Both the position numbers and the translations under genes were made by a program. A DNA stretch of 64,000 nt from Patescibacteria group bacterium (GTDB lineage Bacteria; Patescibacteriota; Minisyncoccia; Phycocordibacterales; Phycocordibacteraceae). Where the stretch lies: assembly GCA_040384705.1 (NCBI GenBank), contig JAZKIU010000001.1:405847-469846 (forward strand), read 5' to 3'. The first letter of the stretch is position 1. Each line of letters begins with the position of its first letter. The notes beneath the pieces are model-generated. The model did no database searches, was not told where the DNA came from, and saw only the letters and a program-made list of their open reading frames with translations. Positions 57,554 to 64,000 of the stretch are shown one piece after another.

Positions 57554-58615
57554 ATGATCCTCGACGCCGCAACCGTACTCATCCCGTTCGTCATCGCCTT
57601 CGTCATAGGTATCGCGCTGTCGCCCATCCTCACCCACTACCTGTATAAGTATCGGGCATGGAAGAAGAAGGGAGGGAAGGAGAAGGGAATGGGGGACGAT
57701 GGCGGCACACCCCTCTTCAATGAGCTGCATAAGGAGCGGGAGGTATCGACTCCGCGCATGGGAGGCATCATCGTCTGGGCCTCGGTCATCATCACCGCTA
57801 TCGGCACCTCGCTCCTTGCGGCGTTCTTCGGGGAGCCGTTCGCATCGTTCGACTTCGTGAACCGTGAGCAGACCTGGCTTCCGCTCGTGGCGCTCATGGT
57901 GGGCGCACTCGTAGGGCTTGTGGATGACGTTCTGGAGGTGACCCGCTCGGCCGGCGGATTGTCGCTGCGCTGGCGCCTTCTCGTGGTGGCGGCCCTGGGT
58001 GCGTTCTCCGGCTGGTGGTTCTATGCGAAGCTCGGTGTCTCCGCTATCGGCATACCGTTTGTGGGCGTGCTTCCGCTCGGCGGATTTTTCATACTGTTCT
58101 TCGTCCTGGTGACGCTCGCGCTGTACGCGGGCGGCATCATCGATGGCATCGATGGGCTTGCAGGAGGCATCTTCGCCATCGTGTTCATGGCGTATGCAGG
58201 TATCGCGTTCGCGCAGGAACAGTACTCGCTCGCAGCGTTCGCGGCTACCGTTGCAGGAGCCCTCTTCGCGTTCCTTTGGTTCAATATCCCGCCTGCCAGA
58301 TTCTACTTATCCGAGACGGGGAGCATGGCGCTGACCTGTGCGCTTGCGGTGACGGCGTTCTCAACCGATGTGCTCGGTGAGGGAGTGGGCGTGTCCGTGC
58401 TTCCCATCATCGCCCTTCCGCTTACGGTGACGGTCGTGACGAGCGCGATACAGGTCGTCTCCAAGCGTGTATTCAAGAAGAAGGTGTTCCGCATCGCTCC
58501 TATCCATCATCACTTCGAGGCTATCGGATGGCCTGCGTACAAGGTTACCATGCGGTATTGGGTCATCACTATCATCGCGAGTATCTTTGGGTTGGCGATT
58601 GCGTTATTGAAATAA
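57554..58615 (+). CDS. mraY: phospho-N-acetylmuramoyl-pentapeptide transferase
   Basis: TPRMGG, GLVDD, DGIDGL, FNIPPA, APIHHHFE. Confidence 0.93.
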   Translation: MILDAATVLIPFVIAFVIGIALSPILTHYLYKYRAWKKKGGKEKGMGDDGGTPLFNELHKEREVSTPRMGGIIVWASVIITAIGTSLLAAFFGEPFASFDFVNREQTWLPLVALMVGALVGLVDDVLEVTRSAGGLSLRWRLLVVAALGAFSGWWFYAKLGVSAIGIPFVGVLPLGGFFILFFVLVTLALYAGGIIDGIDGLAGGIFAIVFMAYAGIAFAQEQYSLAAFAATVAGALFAFLWFNIPPARFYLSETGSMALTCALAVTAFSTDVLGEGVGVSVLPIIALPLTVTVVTSAIQVVSKRVFKKKVFRIAPIHHHFEAIGWPAYKVTMRYWVITIIASIFGLAIALLK

Positions 58616-58705
58616 TTCGGTTACGAGCGATACGCATATTTGACGCGAACCCTGGAAAGAGGTTAGCTGTGGCTAGAATAAGCCAGTTTGATCTAGGAGA
58701 TTGCC

Positions 58706-59146
58706 ATGAATACGACGTTAGCGTCGCGCGCAGATCTGGTTCGCCAAGCGTCGGATTGCGTTGCGGCAAGAACGCGCGCTACCCGTTATCACGAGCTCGC
58801 AGCGCAGCGGCGATTCGAACTTGCTATTGATGCGGAGGTGAGGACCTCGATCGCGGCTATCTATCAGGAGCGCTGCGCTGAAGCCATCACGGAAGCGGTG
58901 ACCGCGAACCAGAGATTGGTCCTCATCGACATTCCCACCTACTATGGAGATGCGGAGCCTGCTTACCGAGAATACTGGTGGAAGGCAGGGGTACGCTGCA
59001 AAGCGATAGTCAGGCACCTCTCGGCGTATCTTCGCCATGAGGGATTCACTGTTCTTGAGGGAGAACAATACTACACACGGACCTATCGCGGAGCCAAAAG
59101 GGGCAACATCGGCCTCCACGCCATTCCGCTGACCATCCTCTGGTAA
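58706..59146 (+). CDS. hypothetical accessory protein
   Basis: TTGACG promoter, AGGAG SD, hairpin CAGGAGAGC..GCTCTCCTG downstream. Confidence 0.6.
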   Translation: MNTTLASRADLVRQASDCVAARTRATRYHELAAQRRFELAIDAEVRTSIAAIYQERCAEAITEAVTANQRLVLIDIPTYYGDAEPAYREYWWKAGVRCKAIVRHLSAYLRHEGFTVLEGEQYYTRTYRGAKRGNIGLHAIPLTILW

Positions 59147-59265
59147 TTAGCTGTGCGGCAACCATGGAATCGCAGGAGAGCAATGCTCTCCTGTTTTCAT
59201 ATCCAAGGGCCGTTAGCGCCCCAACCAACAGGGGTTGTTCGGCGCGGTATTATAGAATGAACGCT

Positions 59266-60375
59266 ATGCACATCTCCGGGGACCGAGCCTTCGCCATCAT
59301 CGTCACTATGCTCGTGGTGGGTGGGGCGGGAATCTTCCTTTCTGCTGCGCTCGGCCTCCTTGCGCGCGAGAATGTGTCGCTTGGTCACATTGCGGTGACG
59401 CAGCTTCTCTTGGGTCTCGTTCCTGGGCTCATCGCGCTCGCGATACTCCGCTTCATGCCTCCCGTATGGCTCATGAAGCTCATCGTACCGCTGTATATAG
59501 GAGCAATTGCTCTGACCTGTCTCGTGTTCATTCCGGGTATCGGAGTGCACGCAGGAGGGGCGACACGTTGGATAGACCTGGGGCCGTTCACGGTGCAGCC
59601 GGCCGAGTTCCTGAAGATAGGGGTGGTGCTGATGTTCGCGCTGTATCTCGCGAAGACGAAGGACAAGATAAAGGAATGGCGGTATGGGCTTCTTGGGTAC
59701 GGACTCATCGTCGGTATCCCCGCGTTCATACTGCTCATGCAGCCAAATACCTCCACCGTGCTCATTCTGGGAGCTACGACTGCAGCGCTCTATTTCCTTG
59801 CAGGCGCTCCGTGGCGTGACTTCGCCATACTCGCGCTCATCGCTATCATCGCATTGGGAGCGCTCGTCATGACGCGCCCATATCTCATGCATCGCGTGAC
59901 GACATTCATCAATCCCGCAGGAGACTCACTTGGGAAGGGGTACCAGATACAGCAGTCGCTTATTGCGATAGGTTCGGGAGGATTGCTTGGGCGCGGGTTC
60001 GGGCAGAGCGTGCAGAAGTTCAACTATCTGCCGGAACCGGTGGGCGATTCGGTATTCGCCGTGTACGGAGAGGAGTTCGGGTTCCTCGGCACCGTATTCC
60101 TTGTACTTCTGTTCACTGCCTTTGCCGCGCGAGGGTTCACGATAGCGTCGCAGGCCAAGGATTCCTTCGGTTCATACGCTGCGGCCGGGCTTACACTCAT
60201 CATCACGCTCTCCGCTCTCATGAATATCGGGGCCATGCTCGGCGTCCTCCCCTTAACGGGGCTTCCGCTGCCGTTCGTGTCGCATGGGGGCACGGCGCTC
60301 CTGTGCGCTCTAGCTTCGGTGGGCATCATTCTGAATGTTGCGGCGCATAGGACGAAGAAGCGTGCGCTTGCCTAG
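59266..60375 (+). CDS. ftsW: SEDS peptidoglycan polymerase FtsW
   Basis: GATRWI, QPAEFLK, GYQ..QS..AIGSGG, PLTGLPLPFVSHGG; between mraY and murG. Confidence 0.88.
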   Translation: MHISGDRAFAIIVTMLVVGGAGIFLSAALGLLARENVSLGHIAVTQLLLGLVPGLIALAILRFMPPVWLMKLIVPLYIGAIALTCLVFIPGIGVHAGGATRWIDLGPFTVQPAEFLKIGVVLMFALYLAKTKDKIKEWRYGLLGYGLIVGIPAFILLMQPNTSTVLILGATTAALYFLAGAPWRDFAILALIAIIALGALVMTRPYLMHRVTTFINPAGDSLGKGYQIQQSLIAIGSGGLLGRGFGQSVQKFNYLPEPVGDSVFAVYGEEFGFLGTVFLVLLFTAFAARGFTIASQAKDSFGSYAAAGLTLIITLSALMNIGAMLGVLPLTGLPLPFVSHGGTALLCALASVGIILNVAAHRTKKRALA

Positions 60376-60376
60376 T

Positions 60377-60727
60377 ATGCGGAAGGTATCAGTAGGCGAA
60401 GCGGAGGAATTCAAGAGCGGGACGGTTATGACGGCCTGTGAGTACGGACTCGGTGACGAGACTATCAATACCGCAAAGATAGAGGTGCATGGACGGTACC
60501 CAGAGACCGGATGGGCCATGAACGAGGAGTCGAAACAGCTCTGCTACATCCTCGAGGGAGCGGGTTCGCTCTTCGTGGAAGGGGAGGAATATACGATAGC
60601 TCCGGAGGATACCTTTCTAATACAGCCAGGCGAGCGCTTTTACTGGGAAGCGAATATAGGTATGCTGGTAACATGCACGCCAGCGTGGACTCCCGAGCAA
60701 TATAAGCATCTAGAACAATACTCATGA
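60377..60727 (+). CDS. cupin-domain protein
   Basis: GRYPE, YILEGAG, IQPGE, TPAWTPEQ. Confidence 0.75.
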   Translation: MRKVSVGEAEEFKSGTVMTACEYGLGDETINTAKIEVHGRYPETGWAMNEESKQLCYILEGAGSLFVEGEEYTIAPEDTFLIQPGERFYWEANIGMLVTCTPAWTPEQYKHLEQYS

Positions 60728-61878
60728 AAGTCGTATTCGCAGGCTCGGGCTCCGGTGGCCATTTCTATCCCCTCATCGCGGTCGCCGAGGCTATCCAGGA
60801 AGTGGTGGCTGAGCGCCGTCTCGTGGCGCCCCAGCTCTACTTCATGGCGCCCAACGCCTTCGATGAGGACTCGCTCTTCCAGAACAGCATCGTGTTCGTG
60901 AAGGTCCCGGCCGGGAAGGTGCGTCGGTATTTCAGCCTCCAGAACTTCTTCGATATCTTCGTCACCATATATGGCTTCTTCGTCGCCTTCGGCCTCCTCC
61001 TCAAGATCTATCCGGACGTCATATTCTCGAAAGGCGGCTACGCGAGCGTACCGGTTGTCGCTGCCGCATGGGTGCTCCGTATCCCTATCATCATCCATGA
61101 GTCTGACGCGAAGCCCGGTCGCGCGAATCTCTTCGCTGCACCGCTCGCGTACAGGATAGCGGTGGCATTCGAGAGCGCGACGACTATGTTCCCGCCAAAG
61201 ACTCGAGGGAAGATAGCGCGTATCGGTATCCCGGTGCGTAGGGAAGTCGCGCACATAGAGCGCGAGGGAGCGCGCGAGCTTCTCGGTCTCGATACCTCTG
61301 TCCCTACCGTCGTCATCTTCGGCGGCTCGCTCGGGAGCATGCGCATCAACGAGACCGTGCTCTCTGCACTCCCTGACCTCGTGTCGTTCGCGAACGTCAT
61401 CCATCAGACCGGTAAGGACCACTTCGAAGGAGTGCGTCAGACCGCATCCGTTGCGCTCAAGGAAAGCCCTCAAGCCTCCCGCTATCATCCGTTTCCGTAC
61501 CTCAACGCAGAGAGCATCCGTCGCGCCGCCGGAGCTGCGAACGTCATCATCTCTCGCGCAGGCTCTACCGCAATCACCGAGATATCGCTCTGGAAGGTCC
61601 CGGCCATCCTCATCCCTATCCCTGAGAGCGTGAGCCATGATCAGCGCACGAACGCGTATGCATATGCACATACGGGAGCTGCAGTAGTGCTCGAAGAAGG
61701 GAATCTCACCCCGCACGTGCTCGTGTCCGAAGCGAAGCGGCTTGCGACCGATACGGAAGTTGCAAGCAAGATGAGCGCGGCCGCAGCGACATTCACCACA
61801 CCTGACGCTGCCCGTATCATTGCGGACGAGATAGCGAACATCGCCATCTCGCACGACCCTATCCCTCCTGCCGTATGA
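60724..61878 (+). CDS. murG: MurG glycosyltransferase
   Basis: GSGGHFYP, KGGYAS, HESD..PG.AN, GGSLG, SRAG, HDQ..NA. Confidence 0.95.
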   Translation: MKVVFAGSGSGGHFYPLIAVAEAIQEVVAERRLVAPQLYFMAPNAFDEDSLFQNSIVFVKVPAGKVRRYFSLQNFFDIFVTIYGFFVAFGLLLKIYPDVIFSKGGYASVPVVAAAWVLRIPIIIHESDAKPGRANLFAAPLAYRIAVAFESATTMFPPKTRGKIARIGIPVRREVAHIEREGARELLGLDTSVPTVVIFGGSLGSMRINETVLSALPDLVSFANVIHQTGKDHFEGVRQTASVALKESPQASRYHPFPYLNAESIRRAAGAANVIISRAGSTAITEISLWKVPAILIPIPESVSHDQRTNAYAYAHTGAAVVLEEGNLTPHVLVSEAKRLATDTEVASKMSAAAATFTTPDAARIIADEIANIAISHDPIPPAV

Positions 61879-63197
61879 TTCGGACCCGTATAGCACCATC
61901 GCCGACCGGAAGGCTCCACATAGGTACGGTTCGTACCGCGCTCTTCAACTATCTGTACGCCAAGCATCATGGCGGGGTGTACGCGATGCGTATCGAGGAC
62001 ACGGATAGGGCGCGGAGCAAGAAGGAGCATGAGGAGGAGATAGTCGAAGGCCTCGCATGGCTCGGTATCAAGCATGAGGAATTCGTACGCCAGAGCGAAC
62101 GGTTGCCACGCCACCAAGAACTCCTTGAGAAGCTTGTCGCTGAGGACAAGGCATACATCTCCGAAGAGGAGAGTAAGCTTGAGCCTGGGAAGACCGTGTC
62201 AGTGGTGCGCCTGCGTAACCCGAGCCGGGATGTGACGTTCAACGACATCGTGCGCGGCGATATTACTTTTCATACAGGCGAGCTCGGCGACTTCGTCATC
62301 GCACGCGCGATAGACGATCCGCTCTACCACTTCGCGGTCGTTACCGATGACTGGGACATGGAAGTCACGCACGTCATACGCGGGGAGGACCATATCTCGA
62401 ACACCACGCGCCAGATACTCATCCAGGAAGCGCTCGGCGCTCCTCGACCTCTGTACGCGCACCTTCCACTCATTCTTGCTAGCGATCGCTCCAAGCTCTC
62501 GAAACGAAACGGCGCAACCTCGCTCATCGAGTACCGTGACGAAGGATTTCTTCCTGAAGCCATCGTCAACTATCTCGCACTCCTCGGCTGGAACCCGGGC
62601 GGTAACGAGGAGCACTATTCGCTCGATGACCTCGTGCGTCTCTTCGATCTAGATGGGGTGCAGAAGGGAGGAGCGGTATGGGACCGCGAGAAGCTGCTTT
62701 CGGTGAACCAGCGCTGGATGCGTACCTTGAGCGATGAGGAGTTCCTAACGCGCGCCGGATTCGAGGGGTACGACAGAGAGATGCTCAAGAAAGCTGCGCC
62801 GCTCCTCAAGGAACGAGCTCGGACTCTCACTGAAGCTAAAGCCATGCTCGAGGGTGAGCTTTCGGGACTATTCCGAGCTCCAGAATTGATCAGGGAAACC
62901 TTGGTCGCCAAGGAGCCGGTAGAGCGTGGAGGAGCCACCAAAAGCGCCCTGGAAGCTGTTCTCGGGCTCCTGGAAGCCCTTGCCGGTGACGTTACGGCAG
63001 AGTCCGCCAAAGAAGCCCTTATGCCGCTCGCAGACGCCGAGGAAGCAAAAGGGAAGGGAGGCAGGGGATCGGTCCTTTGGCCTTTGCGATATGCACTTTC
63101 AGGCCAGGAGAAATCACCGGACCCCTTCACGCTCGTCGCAGTCCTGGGTGTTCATGAAGCTGCTTCGCGCGTACGGACGGCGCTTGATATACTCTAG
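61875..63197 (+). CDS. gltX: glutamate--tRNA ligase
   Basis: RIAPSPTGRLHIG, RIEDTD, THVIRGEDH, KLSKR. Confidence 0.95.
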   Translation: MIRTRIAPSPTGRLHIGTVRTALFNYLYAKHHGGVYAMRIEDTDRARSKKEHEEEIVEGLAWLGIKHEEFVRQSERLPRHQELLEKLVAEDKAYISEEESKLEPGKTVSVVRLRNPSRDVTFNDIVRGDITFHTGELGDFVIARAIDDPLYHFAVVTDDWDMEVTHVIRGEDHISNTTRQILIQEALGAPRPLYAHLPLILASDRSKLSKRNGATSLIEYRDEGFLPEAIVNYLALLGWNPGGNEEHYSLDDLVRLFDLDGVQKGGAVWDREKLLSVNQRWMRTLSDEEFLTRAGFEGYDREMLKKAAPLLKERARTLTEAKAMLEGELSGLFRAPELIRETLVAKEPVERGGATKSALEAVLGLLEALAGDVTAESAKEALMPLADAEEAKGKGGRGSVLWPLRYALSGQEKSPDPFTLVAVLGVHEAASRVRTALDIL

Positions 63198-63200
63198 TTA

Positions 63201-64000
63201 ATGGTATCGGTTCGTACGTACGTATTCTTTTTCATACTAGCCGCGTGCGTGCTTGGCAGTGTTTCTCCGTATACCTCTCACGCAGAGACCGAAGCGGAGA
63301 TAAAAGCACGGATAGAGCAGCACAATAGCGCCATCAAGACGCTCGAGAGCGAGATAGCGACATACCAGAAGGAATTGAACGTGCTCGGCGGCCAGAAGCA
63401 GACGCTGCAATCAGCGATACAGACGCTCGACGTATCGCGCCAGCAGACGAGCACGCAGATCCGCGTTACGGAGAACAAGATAGGGGCGACGAACCTGAAG
63501 CTCCAGGAGCTCTCAGGGGAGATTAGCCGGAAGGAATACCTCATCGAGCTCGACAAGCGGACGGTGGCGCAGTCGCTCCGCGATATATATAACGAGGGCG
63601 ATAACACGCTCATCGAGCAGCTGTTCGCCTCGGTCTCGCTCGCCGACGCATGGGAGAACATGGACTCGAAGGCGTCGGTCAGTGAAGCGCTCCGCGCGAA
63701 CGCGAACATGCTCTCAAAGGACAAGCAGGAGCTCACCGTTAAGAAGACTGAGGAGGACGGGAAGAAGAAGGAGCTCTCGAGCCACAGTTCGACGCTGCAG
63801 AACCAGAAGAAGACGCTTGACGTGCAGAAGTCGGAGAAGGATAAGCTGCTCACGCAGACCAAGAACCAGGAGACGACGTACCAGAGCATCATCGCGCAGA
63901 AGCAGGCGCAGCGGAAGGCGTTCGAAGCCGAGCTCTCGGCGCTTGAGAATAGCCTCACGTCGGTTGGTTCTGCTGCGGTGCCGAAGGTGGGTTCGGGAAT
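63201..64000 (+). CDS. partial secreted coiled-coil protein (likely murein hydrolase/activator type), runs off window
   Basis: Open frame from ATG 63201 with signal peptide then long Q/E/K coiled coil. Confidence 0.7.
   Translation, partial: MVSVRTYVFFFILAACVLGSVSPYTSHAETEAEIKARIEQHNSAIKTLESEIATYQKELNVLGGQKQTLQSAIQTLDVSRQQTSTQIRVTENKIGATNLKLQELSGEISRKEYLIELDKRTVAQSLRDIYNEGDNTLIEQLFASVSLADAWENMDSKASVSEALRANANMLSKDKQELTVKKTEEDGKKKELSSHSSTLQNQKKTLDVQKSEKDKLLTQTKNQETTYQSIIAQKQAQRKAFEAELSALENSLTSVGSAAVPKVGSG

Noticed and set aside
59215-59230. GCGCCCCAACCA as another tRNA 3' fragment
   Set aside because: No T-arm and single occurrence

Overview
A 64-kb GC-rich chromosomal segment, most likely from a Patescibacteria/CPR (Parcubacteria-like) bacterium, judged from gene families and gene order. 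Core content: leuS, mnmA, ung, M13 peptidase, alaS, infA-rpmJ-rpsM-rpsK-rpsD-rpoA-rplQ-rplM-rpsI, grpE-dnaK-dnaJ, tyrS, tRNA-Tyr, trpS, aspS, pepA, scpA/scpB, uppP, mraY, ftsW, murG, gltX. The most striking unexplained structure is in the first 20 kb: three short arrays of one-gene cassettes (250-730 bp), each bounded by co-oriented copies of a 27-bp element GTTCCAACATCGTCCCAGACCCCCAGC (10 copies). Two arrays open with an identical 25-bp element TAGGTTCGATACCTAGTCTGCCAGC fused to the stop codons of ung and alaS. Both elements resemble tRNA-Gln 3' ends, and the 27-bp element appears to supply the -35 box for five cassettes. Cargo includes a stand-alone RNA polymerase alpha-CTD-like protein and an ORF-less structured RNA. 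No integrase is visible in the window. Also notable: an AT-richer island with PrnB-like dioxygenase, beta-RFAP-synthase-like GHMP enzyme, methyltransferase, Ham1 and kinase; a candidate 6S-like RNA; and apparently leaderless core genes contrasting with Shine-Dalgarno-led accessory genes. All family calls are by eye from motifs, without database searches.
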